From a virus, in the IMG/VR virus record IMGVR_UViG_3300020203_000008, positions 1 to 64,000 of that record: a DNA stretch of 64,000 nucleotides; one strand, given 5' to 3'. Shown piece by piece: positions 8,912 to 18,604 of the stretch. How positions within the stretch are numbered: position 1 is the stretch's first letter; each line of letters begins with the position of its first letter. Under the pieces are notes generated by a model. It had not been told where the DNA came from, made no database searches, and saw only the letters and a program-made list of their open reading frames with translations. The position numbers and the translations under genes are program-made.

Positions 8912-9100
8912 ATGGTTCGCTGGGGAACGTGGGTTCGTTGCAACAAACGAGGCTGCAAGGGCGAGCTGGAAGCCTTCGAGTCAGATCTTTCCAACAATGG
9001 GCGCGTCTGGTATCTTTATATCTGCAAGGTATGTGGAGAACAGGGTGATTGGACGCAGATGATGCGAGCCAGAATTGGGAAGCGGAGGTACCGTAAGTGA
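8912..9100 (+). CDS. Small Zn-ribbon-like protein
   Basis: CxxxxC...CxxC; GTGA overlap with next ORF. Confidence 0.5.
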   Translation: MVRWGTWVRCNKRGCKGELEAFESDLSNNGRVWYLYICKVCGEQGDWTQMMRARIGKRRYRK

Positions 9101-9351
9101 ATTGTGACTTCTTCGTTGGGTTTAAGTACCGCAAGGAATCGAATAGCTATAATCGGATGAGGCTAACCGCCTCCACTGTGACTCAGACACGACCTACTTC
9201 TACTTCAAACATTGATTTCGTTGTGAAATTCTCTGTGGAAGTGCCAGATGAGTTCCTCACGCCGGAAATCAAGGTCAAGCTTGAAGCTCCGTCTGTGCAG
9301 ATGAAGCAAGTTGTCGATAATCTCCAGAAGACAGTGAAGGATCTGTCATGA
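9097..9351 (+). CDS. Hypothetical protein
   Basis: Coupled overlaps on both sides. Confidence 0.55.
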   Translation: MNCDFFVGFKYRKESNSYNRMRLTASTVTQTRPTSTSNIDFVVKFSVEVPDEFLTPEIKVKLEAPSVQMKQVVDNLQKTVKDLS

Positions 9352-9566
9352 AAGTCCTCGTTTACGTGCTTCTTGCTTTCATGCTGCTGACGGCAGGCGC
9401 GGCATTCGGCGGCTGGGTTTTCATGCTGTTCTGTGGTGCCGTGTGGTCCGAATTCCATTGGCTGGCACCAGTTAGCTACCTCCCCGCTACGGGGATCTTC
9501 CTTGCAGTCAGTGTGATGACCACTCTTTTCAGTGGCGTTCAGCAGAAAAGTCGTTCTCCGACTTGA
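9348..9566 (+). CDS. Small membrane protein
   Basis: Hydrophobic helices; ATGA overlap. Confidence 0.6.
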   Translation: MKVLVYVLLAFMLLTAGAAFGGWVFMLFCGAVWSEFHWLAPVSYLPATGIFLAVSVMTTLFSGVQQKSRSPT

Positions 9567-9629
9567 CGAACATAGTCTCTTCGAATAGCATGCTATCCAA
9601 CCTCATCGTCTGATCTTTGGAAGGATGTT

Positions 9630-10076
9630 ATGACAGAGGAAACTGCAACACCGGAACTGCCGCAGGAGACTCCTACGGCGAAGACCCCAATGAGCGACAC
9701 GCACAAGGCTGCTCTCGCCGTTGGACGCATGCAAGGTGCTACTATTCGTAAGTACCTTGAAGCCGTCAAGGCTCACCAGCCGAAGCGCGGACGTAAGGTC
9801 ACTCCAGATCAGCTTCGTGATCGGATTGCGAAGACGAATGAGAGCATCGTCTCAGCTACTCAGATTGCTCGTCTTGGTCTAATCCAAGAGCGTATCGACT
9901 TGGAAGCAGCGTTGGCTGCAAGCGCAGAGACGAACGATCTTGTTGACTTGGAGCGTGAGTTTGTTAAGGTGGCGAAGTTCTACGCTGAGCGCAAGAACTT
10001 CAGCTACAGGGCCTTCCGCGAGGCTGGCGTTCCCCCCGCCGTCCTCAAGGAAGCGGGCATCGTTCGCTCTAACTAG
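9630..10076 (+). CDS. Conserved basic protein, possibly DNA-binding; resembles an Acidimicrobiia hypothetical family
   Basis: MSDTHKAALAVGR...PKRGRK...SYRAFREAGVPPAVLKEAGI; has its own promoter-like sequence and terminator; family recalled, not searched. Confidence 0.65.
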   Translation: MTEETATPELPQETPTAKTPMSDTHKAALAVGRMQGATIRKYLEAVKAHQPKRGRKVTPDQLRDRIAKTNESIVSATQIARLGLIQERIDLEAALAASAETNDLVDLEREFVKVAKFYAERKNFSYRAFREAGVPPAVLKEAGIVRSN

Positions 10077-10107
10077 CCTCTCCGCCCGCTAGGGCGACGA
10101 TCCCGTT

Positions 10108-10141
10108 GATGGACCCCCCTGTTTCGGCGGGGGGGTCCATC
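10108..10141 (+). terminator. GC-rich terminator hairpin
   Basis: GATGGACCCCCC...TTCG...GGGGGGTCCATC. Confidence 0.7.
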
Positions 10142-10205
10142 GCGTGTTGACTCGGACCAGCAAGTCCTTTATCCTTCGTCAACCGTCTCTTATCGAAAGG
10201 CTCCC

Positions 10206-10769
10206 ATGCCTGCTTCGGATTTCTTAGTTTGGGTAGATCTAGAAACTACGGGTCTAGAACCTGAAGGTGGCTCCATCCTTGAGATGGCAGTCCTAATAAC
10301 GCGTGGGAACTTGCAGATCGTTGATACGTTCTCGTACATCTTCGATCTTCCTAAGGATCCATCCGTGATGGATGACTACGTAACTGAGATGCATTCCAAG
10401 TCTGGTCTGTTGGAGGACTGCGACAAAGGTCCGACTTGGCGATGGAAGGAAGCAACTGAGAACTTTCTGGAGCGTGTTAACAAGTTCAGTGAGCCGAAGA
10501 CCGTTCCGTTGGTTGGATCAACTGTCCACTTCGATCGCTTATGGCTGAAGATGCATGTCCCGGAGATTGAGAAATGGTTCCACTACCGAAATCTTGATGT
10601 GTCCACGTTCCAGGAAGCCTTCGAGCGTTGGCTGCCCGACATCGCCGCTAAGTCGCCTGAGCCACAGAAGGTCCATCGTGCGATGGCAGACATTCGGGAG
10701 AGTTTGGCGAAGGCTCGCTACTATCGCGACTTCGTTTTGACTAAGGCTCCGAGAAGTGCAGGCTGGTGA
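10206..10769 (+). CDS. orn: Oligoribonuclease (DEDDh)
   Basis: LVWVDLETTGL, MHSKSGLL, GSTVHFDR, HYRNLDVST, HRAMADI. Confidence 0.95.
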   Translation: MPASDFLVWVDLETTGLEPEGGSILEMAVLITRGNLQIVDTFSYIFDLPKDPSVMDDYVTEMHSKSGLLEDCDKGPTWRWKEATENFLERVNKFSEPKTVPLVGSTVHFDRLWLKMHVPEIEKWFHYRNLDVSTFQEAFERWLPDIAAKSPEPQKVHRAMADIRESLAKARYYRDFVLTKAPRSAGW

Positions 10770-11106
10770 AGTGATAATTCTTTCGATAACCTCGGTTAGC
10801 ATCATCTTCTTCTTGTATGCACTCTGTTTGTACCGGCAGCACAGAACCTCGCGACCCAGGGCGGCCTCAGTAACGCTGTCCTCGTGGATTATTGCGCTGC
10901 CGCACGGGCTGAAGAACGTTGCAAATGAAGCCAGGCACGCGGCGTGGTGTGCAGAGCAAGAGAATCTTCTACCCTCGCATAAATGTTCTGTTTGTGGAAA
11001 ATACGAAAATCGGGATGTCCCTCATAAGAGATGCATTAAGAAGGCCAGTAAGAAAGCAATTGACAGCCTTAAAGGTACCATTAGGGATCTGAGTCATGGC
11101 GCATAA
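10756..11106 (+). CDS. Hypothetical membrane-anchored protein
   Basis: N-terminal TM segment; CxxC. Confidence 0.5.
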   Translation: MQAGEVIILSITSVSIIFFLYALCLYRQHRTSRPRAASVTLSSWIIALPHGLKNVANEARHAAWCAEQENLLPSHKCSVCGKYENRDVPHKRCIKKASKKAIDSLKGTIRDLSHGA

Positions 11107-11243
11107 GACAAATTGGTGCCTTAAGGGTGAGCATGATTCCTGTAAAACCCGTATAAACAATGGGACACTAGAGACTAAGTGCTGGTGTACCTGTCATTCT
11201 CCTGGGTCGGATGCCGATAAAACATTAGACCAAGGAGATCGAC

Positions 11244-12413
11244 ATGAAAATCATGTTCCCCGACGAAGTGAAAAAGCTCGGACTCGCATTTGATAGCACC
11301 GGTCGTGAGGATTGGTCAAAGAGTCTTCAGACCGTTATTCAGATGGCCCCGAATGGAACACAATACGATCCCACTGTTATAAGCGTTCCTGAACTGTATC
11401 GTGGGGTATCGTCAATCGAGCCGTACCGTTCCAACGCTCGCTTCATCCACATCATCTGTGATGAGGGTGCCGGATTCCACTTTCCAACACTCGGCATCGG
11501 TGACAACGATCCCGACATCATTGCCAAGGCGATTGCTGATCCGACGATCTGCGACGTGCTTCGAGACAAGTACCGCACCCGCTTCGGTCTCGGCCCGGTC
11601 GGTGGTCATGGCTGGAAGTTCCACGGCATCCTCAAGGGACCGAAGCAGGCTGGGATGCCACTGCGTTCACCAAGCGGAACGACATCGAAGTCGCGAAACT
11701 GCCTGGAAGGCCAGCACGCGTTCTGGTCGAAGGACTTTGGTTACGAACTCACGGACCAAGACCTAGCAAACGGTGTCCACGGCTGGGACATCTGCGGAGC
11801 GACGATCACCGGCTGGTGGGGCGATGCGTTCTCGCCCGGTACGACAGTCCCGAACACTCCGCCTGCGCGTGAGATGCACGTCTACGGTGGAAAGTTTGAT
11901 GACCTTGGGCGTATGGGGATGCTGGTCCACGGTGTGCGTGGCTGGTCGTGTCGTAACGCTGAATTTGGTACGCGTATCCCATCGAGCATTATCCACGTCG
12001 AGAACGCTTCATCGAACGACGCTCAGGATCAGGTCGGTGACGGTGTGTTCGAGAACAACGTGATTCGCGGTGGGAACAACGTGTTCCACATCACCGGCAC
12101 GTTCGTCAACTTCGATGGGTTGCTCATCCGGGCGAACGAACGCTTCGACTCGTGTGTCGGTGGGCGCATCATGGTTGGTGACCGCAAGGCCGATGGCACC
12201 GCCCGCGCCCGCAACATTCAAGTGATTGACAACCTTCATCACAAGATCAAAGACGGTCATATGCTCGGTGATTACGCGAACGTGGACCACGTTCAGCATC
12301 AGCGTAACGTCGGGCCGCAGCGCAAGGGTTGGAACTTGTCACAGCTTCTGCGGACCAGAGGTGGGAAGAACGTTAATCTTACCCCGAATCAATATACATT
12401 CGTTCCGAGATAA
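11244..12413 (+). CDS. Hypothetical protein, possible beta-helix fold
   Basis: 389 aa, GGAG RBS, repeating beta-strand/N/G pattern in the C-terminal half. Confidence 0.6.
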   Translation: MKIMFPDEVKKLGLAFDSTGREDWSKSLQTVIQMAPNGTQYDPTVISVPELYRGVSSIEPYRSNARFIHIICDEGAGFHFPTLGIGDNDPDIIAKAIADPTICDVLRDKYRTRFGLGPVGGHGWKFHGILKGPKQAGMPLRSPSGTTSKSRNCLEGQHAFWSKDFGYELTDQDLANGVHGWDICGATITGWWGDAFSPGTTVPNTPPAREMHVYGGKFDDLGRMGMLVHGVRGWSCRNAEFGTRIPSSIIHVENASSNDAQDQVGDGVFENNVIRGGNNVFHITGTFVNFDGLLIRANERFDSCVGGRIMVGDRKADGTARARNIQVIDNLHHKIKDGHMLGDYANVDHVQHQRNVGPQRKGWNLSQLLRTRGGKNVNLTPNQYTFVPR

Positions 12414-12457
12414 TTGATTGACTTAAGACTTGAGTTCGCTGTACTATTAAGGATCAC

Positions 12458-12531
12458 GAGTCCGTAGCCAAGAGGTTAGGCAGGTGGTTGCAACCCACCG
12501 AACGCAGGTTCGAATCCTGTCGGGCTCTCCA
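12458..12531 (+). tRNA. tRNA-Cys(GCA)
   Basis: Cloverleaf, loop TTGCAAC, U73, CCA encoded. Confidence 0.95.
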
Positions 12532-12583
12532 TTTTCTAAATCGTTTGTTTCCCTTTGCCGATCCTGTTATTATAACCACTTAG

Positions 12584-12659
12584 CGGCCAGGAGCCAGACG
12601 GTTACGGCAACGCCCTGATAAGGCGCGATTAGGAAGTTCGACTCTTCCCTGGCCGACCA
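12584..12659 (+). tRNA. tRNA-Ile(GAT)
   Basis: Cloverleaf, loop CTGATAA, CCA. Confidence 0.9.
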
Positions 12660-12690
12660 TAATCACTTTCCATGATCTGAATTGGTTACA

Positions 12691-12936
12691 ATGGCACATG
12701 ATCGCGCTGAACGTCGATACAACAGGTACGTCAAGGGCATGCATCGGATCCGTGAGGATAGGGCTGAGCACGGTTCGGATCGTTCGTGTTCATGCTTTGA
12801 CCCTGACGGCCGTACCTTTTCTTTCTTTGCAGATAATCCTCAGATGTGCTCTACGTGGTGCTGTGGTAATCGCAGAAAGTGGGAGGGTCCTTCAAGGCAG
12901 GAAATTCGTGCTGCAAGGGTTGACGAATGGATATAG
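12691..12936 (+). CDS. Small Cys-rich phage protein
   Basis: CSTWCCGNRR motif. Confidence 0.6.
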   Translation: MAHDRAERRYNRYVKGMHRIREDRAEHGSDRSCSCFDPDGRTFSFFADNPQMCSTWCCGNRRKWEGPSRQEIRAARVDEWI

Positions 12937-12958
12937 TCGTATAGAATAGTTGCTTCTA

Positions 12959-13036
12959 GCGCGCTTAACTCAGTCTGGCCAGAGTGTCTCTCTTACACGG
13001 AGAAGGACGGGGGTTCGAATCCCTCAGCGCGTACCA
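12959..13036 (+). tRNA. tRNA-Val(TAC)
   Basis: Cloverleaf, loop CTTACAC, CCA. Confidence 0.95.
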
Positions 13037-13037
13037 A

Positions 13038-13109
13038 GGCCCTGTCGTCTATGGGTTAGGATGGAAGACTTTCAATCTTCTGAACGGGGTTCGACTCCCC
13101 GCAGGGCTA
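13038..13109 (+). tRNA. tRNA-Glu(TTC)
   Basis: Cloverleaf, loop CTTTCAA. Confidence 0.95.
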
Positions 13110-13141
13110 CTGATAATACAAATTTATCGAAACGAGGAGTG

Positions 13142-13501
13142 ATGGGAGAGCGAAAGCTCCTATTCTCGGTCACCAAGAAGGATCTCAAGATCCAGTTCAT
13201 GCGCGGTTCCGGCAATGGTGGCCAGAACCGCAACAAACGCGACACAGCTTGCCGAATCATTCATGGTGATAGCGGGGCGGTAGGTTTTGCCCAAGAGCAC
13301 CGCACCCAACTCCAGAATAAGAAAGCTGCTTTCCTCCGTATGACGGAGACTTCCCAGTTTAAAAACTGGTGCCGGATCCGTGGTGGCCATGCCGTGCTTT
13401 CTGAGGCTGCCATCGAAGAAGCAGTAGAGCGCCTCATGGCTCCGGAGAATATCAAGATGGAGGTTCTGGAGGATGACAAGTGGGTTGAAGTCCCCCTATG
13501 A
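13142..13501 (+). CDS. GGQ-domain release-factor-like protein (RF-1 domain, ArfB-like rescue factor)
   Basis: MRGSGNGGQNRNKRDTACRIIH...QEHRTQLQNKKAA; GAGGAG RBS; no codon-recognition domain. Confidence 0.9.
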   Translation: MGERKLLFSVTKKDLKIQFMRGSGNGGQNRNKRDTACRIIHGDSGAVGFAQEHRTQLQNKKAAFLRMTETSQFKNWCRIRGGHAVLSEAAIEEAVERLMAPENIKMEVLEDDKWVEVPL

Positions 13502-13552
13502 AGTGGATGTCGAGATCAAGAACGAGTTAGATTCTGTCCCCGAAAGGGCGAT

Positions 13553-13909
13553 ATGAGTACAATGGCTTCTACCCGCCGTCATCGGCGGATCAAGGCTCTG
13601 ATCTTGAGGGACGGCGATGTCTGCTTCTACTGTGGAACTACCTTCAGCGGAACCGGCAAACGGATGCGTACTATCGACCATCGTATCCCTGAAGCGCTTG
13701 GTGGAACGCATGTTCTTGAGAACTGCGTCCTTGCTTGTAGTAAATGTAATCGTGAGAAAGCTGACCAGCCAGAAGAAGTATTCCTGAAAAGTAGGTTCCT
13801 ACAACGCCGTAAGGCTGCCGTCAAGAGGGGTTACATTGAACGAGATGATGGACGAATTCGATCTCTTGGACAAATTGGTGGAAGAATCTTGGAAGGCGCG
13901 GGCTCTTAA
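13553..13909 (+). CDS. HNH endonuclease
   Basis: RDGDVCFYCG...TIDHRIPEALGG...NCVLACSKCNREK. Confidence 0.9.
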   Translation: MSTMASTRRHRRIKALILRDGDVCFYCGTTFSGTGKRMRTIDHRIPEALGGTHVLENCVLACSKCNREKADQPEEVFLKSRFLQRRKAAVKRGYIERDDGRIRSLGQIGGRILEGAGS

Positions 13910-14168
13910 ACTTCAAGAGGAACTGGCTACCGCCATCGGAGATTCGCAGGCAGCGCGAATCTCGATTCTCCAAGAACAGGCGGATCTCAAGAAGCGTCTT
14001 GATCAGATGGAACGCCTTATCCAGGGATTGGGTTCTGGTCTCAGGAATGGAAGTATTTACGATCAGGACAGACCCTACCCCTACCCCCATAACGATAGTA
14101 CGTTCAGAGATCGTATGTTGAAAGAACTCAACGGTAGTCCCAACAAGCAACCCCGCCCTTGGAGATGA
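13836..14168 (+). CDS. Hypothetical coiled-coil protein
   Basis: Helical ORF in a tight gene run. Confidence 0.55.
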   Translation: MNEMMDEFDLLDKLVEESWKARALKLQEELATAIGDSQAARISILQEQADLKKRLDQMERLIQGLGSGLRNGSIYDQDRPYPYPHNDSTFRDRMLKELNGSPNKQPRPWR

Positions 14169-14467
14169 GGCTGTCGAGAGAAGATCTTTATGAGAAGTTC
14201 AAAACAAAAGTCCTTCTTCCTGCCCCGACGATTACGGCTACAGCAGTTGACATCATGCTTGATATTGCAATGATGGAAATAGCTAAACTTGAAGCAGATG
14301 TGGCTGATCGCGAACTCTGGAAACAACGCGCTATCGACGCCGAGATGGATGTTGCCAAATTTCAGAGACGCCAATCAGAGATAGAGAGAGCGACTGAACA
14401 GTATTTCACGGATCACAAGAAGATCAACAAGATGCAGGGTCGGCCTTCTGAAGATCGGAAATCTTAA
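14165..14467 (+). CDS. Hypothetical coiled-coil protein
   Basis: ATGA overlap. Confidence 0.55.
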   Translation: MRLSREDLYEKFKTKVLLPAPTITATAVDIMLDIAMMEIAKLEADVADRELWKQRAIDAEMDVAKFQRRQSEIERATEQYFTDHKKINKMQGRPSEDRKS

Positions 14468-14743
14468 TTGGAAGGAATTAACACTCGCTCGTTTGAACGC
14501 CCAGCGTTCATGATGCAAAATCCTGGACCCAAATGTATCGAAATGGGACTAAATCCCGACCTTTTCTACCCCGAACGTGGCGAAAACATCCATCCAAATG
14601 TTAGAATCGCTTGCGGAACATGCCCAGTGCAGGCAGAATGCTTAGATTGGGCACTCGACAACAACGAGTGGGGCCACTGGGGAAACGTCAGCGAACGTAA
14701 ACGCAAGCAGATGCGTCGTAAATTGAAAGAAGCAAGAAGATGA
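14468..14743 (+). CDS. whiB: WhiB-family transcription factor
   Basis: C...DLFYPERG...CGTCPVQAECLDWAL...GHWG.SERKR (four Cys plus GxWG). Confidence 0.9.
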   Translation: MEGINTRSFERPAFMMQNPGPKCIEMGLNPDLFYPERGENIHPNVRIACGTCPVQAECLDWALDNNEWGHWGNVSERKRKQMRRKLKEARR

Positions 14744-15168
14744 TGACTGTGAGCGCGAAATGTTCTTCATGTAACCATGTAGAGACTTCCCATTATCGTA
14801 CCAGACCTAGGCGCTGCAAGACCTGCGTGTGTCAAAAATTCAAAAATGTCGTCGCCCACGTCGGCGGATCAGCGGTACGCAAACCCGTGGCACGCAAACC
14901 AGTTTCGGATGCGATCCTCGAACAAACAAAACGGAAGTTGATGGATACCGCTAGTGACCTGGAGCATCTCGGCAAGCCACGAGGAGCGAAGATCGTCATG
15001 CTCTTCATAGATAGATCAGACCTTGACAGCAAAGGTTCCCTACAGAACGTAGCGGAGCATCTCGCCAAAGTCGAAGAATCACTAGCAGAACACTTCAAGG
15101 ATGGCTACAGGATCCATACCGTATCTATTGCAGATTCGATGTTGATTTACACACTCACAAACCACTAG
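14740..15168 (+). CDS. Hypothetical protein with Cys/His N-terminus
   Basis: C/H cluster; ATGA overlap. Confidence 0.55.
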   Translation: MMTVSAKCSSCNHVETSHYRTRPRRCKTCVCQKFKNVVAHVGGSAVRKPVARKPVSDAILEQTKRKLMDTASDLEHLGKPRGAKIVMLFIDRSDLDSKGSLQNVAEHLAKVEESLAEHFKDGYRIHTVSIADSMLIYTLTNH

Positions 15169-15390
15169 GAATTTGATGCTTTGCATATGCGGGCATAAAG
15201 AAAACATGCACTCGGAACGCGTGCGAACATGGCCCTGCCAGGGAATCTCAGTTCGAGATGACCTAGGGCACTTCGAAATCGTTGACTGCTCCTGTGCAGA
15301 CTTCTACCCAGATGTCACCATCTCTCAAGAACAGTTGGATCACCTTAAGGACAACATCTTAAAGACCATCACGGAACTAAAGGAGATGGC

Positions 15391-15681
15391 ATGACTCGCG
15401 AACAAGAATGCACCCACCTCCTCCACACGGCCATTAAACAAGCCGAAGCTAAAGCCAAAGAACGCAACCGAGAATTAGAACATCAACTCATCTCTGCTCG
15501 TGAGCGCGCCCAGACAGCAGAGGACAAGATCGTCGGGCTGGTATCAGAACTACGACGTGCCTCCCTAAAGGAGCACGACTGGCAGGGTCGGCTCCGAAAA
15601 GTAGAGCAAGAACGAGACATGGCGCTTACACAATCCGCTTCGCGTGGTGAGTATATTATGGAAATGTTAGTGGAACGATAG
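15391..15681 (+). CDS. Hypothetical coiled-coil protein
   Basis: GGAG RBS, overlap. Confidence 0.55.
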   Translation: MTREQECTHLLHTAIKQAEAKAKERNRELEHQLISARERAQTAEDKIVGLVSELRRASLKEHDWQGRLRKVEQERDMALTQSASRGEYIMEMLVER

Positions 15682-15682
15682 T

Positions 15683-15958
15683 ATGAAAGACGCATGGAAA
15701 CAGTATTATGATCTGATTGACAAATACACGTTGGAACAAGAGCCACGACCCGATCTTCGAGTGGTAGCCCGCGCCCATGAGCGTAAAGTCGAACTGTCCA
15801 TTGGCATGCTACGTGATCCAAATGGAAAGTTCCTAGACAAGTACAACTGGACTACAACACAGCGAAATGTCAACACGATGCGGGAACTAGCTCAAACCAT
15901 TCTCGACGCATGTGATTTCGTAGATGCCCAGAATCCTATTTGGGCAAAACGAAGATGA
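15683..15958 (+). CDS. Hypothetical protein
   Basis: Tightly packed ORF. Confidence 0.55.
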   Translation: MKDAWKQYYDLIDKYTLEQEPRPDLRVVARAHERKVELSIGMLRDPNGKFLDKYNWTTTQRNVNTMRELAQTILDACDFVDAQNPIWAKRR

Positions 15959-16046
15959 AAAACACGCTCTACAAGATCCTATGGGTTATTCCCGCAGCCA
16001 TATCTTGGTTGAAGGTATGCAAGCAGAATGGGAAAGACGGAAGAAG

Positions 16047-16229
16047 ATGAAACACCTCGAATGTCAAACCTGCAAATACTACCAACCACCAATAAAAGAC
16101 GGATGGTCCACCGGAGAATGCAGAATATATCCTCCAACAAGGAATAGACAAACCACCAACTACCAATGGCCCCTAGTCCAACCCACCGATTGGTGCGGGC
16201 GATGGGAGCTAATCGACCAAGAATCATGA
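16047..16229 (+). CDS. Small Cys-rich protein
   Basis: CQTCKYY...GECRIYPP...WPLV...DWCG. Confidence 0.6.
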   Translation: MKHLECQTCKYYQPPIKDGWSTGECRIYPPTRNRQTTNYQWPLVQPTDWCGRWELIDQES

Positions 16230-16333
16230 CCGATCCCAGGAAACAGCACCTCATTCCCTCTTTGGAGGGGATCAGCCCATTCCATAAAATATTTTAAGCG
16301 CCCCCTTAGGGCGCAGAATTATAGGCGATATCA

Positions 16334-17107
16334 GTGAAAATCCTTATTTGTGGAGACACTCATGGCAATAATGCTTGGTGGGCTCGACTAGTTGAGTACG
16401 CTCAAAAGCATGCCTGCGAGAAAATCGTTCAGCTCGGAGATTTCGGATACTGGGAGCATCGACGTGAAGGCGTAGAATACCTTGATAAGACCAGTAAAAA
16501 AGCGACGATGGCTGGCATTCCGATTTACTTCATTGACGGGAACCACGAGAACCATCCCCTCTTATGGGAGCGTTACCCTCCTGGCGAGGATGGGTTCTGC
16601 AAGCTCCGAGAGAATCTCTATTACATCCCCCGTGGTAACTCCTGGACCTGGGATGGCGTAAAATTCCTTGGTATTGGCGGGGCTTATTCGGTTGATAAGC
16701 CTTGGCGTGTCCAGGAAGAAGAGACGTATCGTGAGCCACGGACTCTATGGTGGCCAACCGAACTAATCCGAGACGTGGACGTTCAGAAGTGTCTTGAGGT
16801 TGGGAAGGTGGACGTTGTCTTCTCTCATGACTGTCCGACTGGGATAGAACTTCCTGGTATTGGCGGGGAATATCCAGTTTCAAATGCCAACCGTGCTTAC
16901 TTGAGACATATTATCGATCACGTACAGCCACAGGTTGTGTTCCATGGTCATTACCATATGCGGAATTCCGGACAATTGAATGCGGCTTTCGAGCAACATG
17001 GTAAACTATTGTGGAGATCTGTTCGAGTTGAGGGTTATGCTCATGATGGTGAGTGGAGTCAGAATTCCTGGCAAGTGATAGAGACGAAGGAGATCAGCAG
17101 TGCATGA
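16334..17107 (+). CDS. Calcineurin-like metallophosphoesterase
   Basis: GDTHG, GDFG, DGNHE, SHDCP, HGHYH. Confidence 0.9.
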   Translation: MKILICGDTHGNNAWWARLVEYAQKHACEKIVQLGDFGYWEHRREGVEYLDKTSKKATMAGIPIYFIDGNHENHPLLWERYPPGEDGFCKLRENLYYIPRGNSWTWDGVKFLGIGGAYSVDKPWRVQEEETYREPRTLWWPTELIRDVDVQKCLEVGKVDVVFSHDCPTGIELPGIGGEYPVSNANRAYLRHIIDHVQPQVVFHGHYHMRNSGQLNAAFEQHGKLLWRSVRVEGYAHDGEWSQNSWQVIETKEISSA

Positions 17108-17627
17108 GCACGAGAGTCGCCAGTTCGACAGCCTCACGACGTGGCAGGAACGATACGCCAAATGTTCGGACCTTCTATCGGATGCCGAGGAACGCGCCGA
17201 AGTCGCGGAAGCCGAAGCGGCATCGCTCCAGGAGTATCTGGTCGAAGAAGCTCGACTGTGGTCGCTAAAATGTGATCGCTACCGCGCCGAACGCGACCAT
17301 CTCAGAGAAGCACTGGAACGGCTAGCGGAGATACAGCCGGAGACCCATCCGGGGTGGAACGATGAGTACGTCAAAGCATCGTGGGTGTTCGAGGGTGTCC
17401 GCACTGCCGTTGGAGTGCTTCTCGGAACACCGGCGAGGCGGCGAACCCCACTCATAAAGGATCGAGGGGACGCGAGTGCTCTGACGGAACGTATCCAGTC
17501 AGTGCTGCGGGCAGAACGGGATGTCCGCCCGGACTTGTACATACCAGGGTCGGGGCAGTCGTGGGGGCATGTCGATCATCGGGTTGCTCGTATCGTCGCT
17601 GAGGCACTGCTAGCCGACCATGAGTGA
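17100..17627 (+). CDS. Hypothetical protein (modular repeat region)
   Basis: Contains AERDHLREAL module. Confidence 0.55.
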   Translation: MHEHESRQFDSLTTWQERYAKCSDLLSDAEERAEVAEAEAASLQEYLVEEARLWSLKCDRYRAERDHLREALERLAEIQPETHPGWNDEYVKASWVFEGVRTAVGVLLGTPARRRTPLIKDRGDASALTERIQSVLRAERDVRPDLYIPGSGQSWGHVDHRVARIVAEALLADHE

Positions 17628-17711
17628 ACTGGACCAAATCTTCGTCGGAATCACGTTGCTGCTCACAGCGGGGTTGGCTGGTGCGATATTCGGCGGCTGG
17701 ATTGGGCGACC

Positions 17712-18200
17712 ATGAGTGAGCCCGTGACCCGCGAACCGAGCGTGTTCCCTGTACCGGAAGCAGAGACCGTGCCTTATGACTGCAACCCCGGCATCCCTGA
17801 GGCGATGTTCGACCGAGGAGCCGAACCCATGAGTGACCCTGTAGAGCCCCCCGAGGTAGTGCTCTGGAACAAAGCGGCAGCCGTCCAAGATGAGGAGTTG
17901 CTGTTTTACGCGGGTCAGGCTCTCGCGGCTGCTCTTGTAGCGGCACTCCGATATCGCTATGCAGCAGAGAAGCAGGTTAGCTGGTCGATCGGTGCGTGCC
18001 GCGACCAGGAAGAACGAGCGAATGCAGCAGAAGCCGAACTCGTCCGTCTCCGAGAAGCACTCCACGAGGTTGGGGAGCGCACCGACTACATCGCGGGCGA
18101 GATGGACGACTGCGAACGTGGTGACTTGGAACGCGACCTCAGCGCCATCGACGTGATCGTGAACCGAGCCCTGGCTGCCACCGAGGAGCCGAACCCATGA
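17712..18200 (+). CDS. Hypothetical protein (modular repeat region)
   Basis: Contains MSDPVEPPEV and LREAL modules. Confidence 0.55.
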   Translation: MSEPVTREPSVFPVPEAETVPYDCNPGIPEAMFDRGAEPMSDPVEPPEVVLWNKAAAVQDEELLFYAGQALAAALVAALRYRYAAEKQVSWSIGACRDQEERANAAEAELVRLREALHEVGERTDYIAGEMDDCERGDLERDLSAIDVIVNRALAATEEPNP

Positions 18201-18472
18201 CCCGCGACGAAGCAAGAGCCGAACTGAAGGACATCCTCATCTGGTTCGACGAGTTGGATGAGATCGCACGGGCGGAAGTCATCGAGCATGTCCTGGCCGC
18301 CCCCGAGTTGGTACTCGCAGCTCTAGGAGCCGCCCCGGTGACCACGGCCGTCGCAGCCGGCGAGGACGGCAACTGGACCGAGGAAGACCAGCCGGCGTGG
18401 TGCAACAACTGCGAAGAGTACGGCTGGGGTCGTCCTGTAGTCATGCTCCCCGAAGGAGCTGAGAAGCCATGA
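18197..18472 (+). CDS. Hypothetical protein
   Basis: ATGA overlaps; ends EKP. Confidence 0.55.
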   Translation: MTRDEARAELKDILIWFDELDEIARAEVIEHVLAAPELVLAALGAAPVTTAVAAGEDGNWTEEDQPAWCNNCEEYGWGRPVVMLPEGAEKP

Positions 18473-18604
18473 CTGAGCCCTCGGACGCACTAACTCGGTA
18501 CAAGAACATCATCGAAGTGCTTGACCGGCTGGATGAGATGGGCGTGCCCGAGTGGGCGCTTGCTCCGGTGGCGCACTACGCCGAGGAACTGTGGGAGGCC
18601 GTTC

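Noticed and set aside
12950-13141. N-terminal extension of the GGQ protein in the ORF track
   Set aside because: It runs through tRNA-Val and tRNA-Glu; the RBS supports a start at about 13142.
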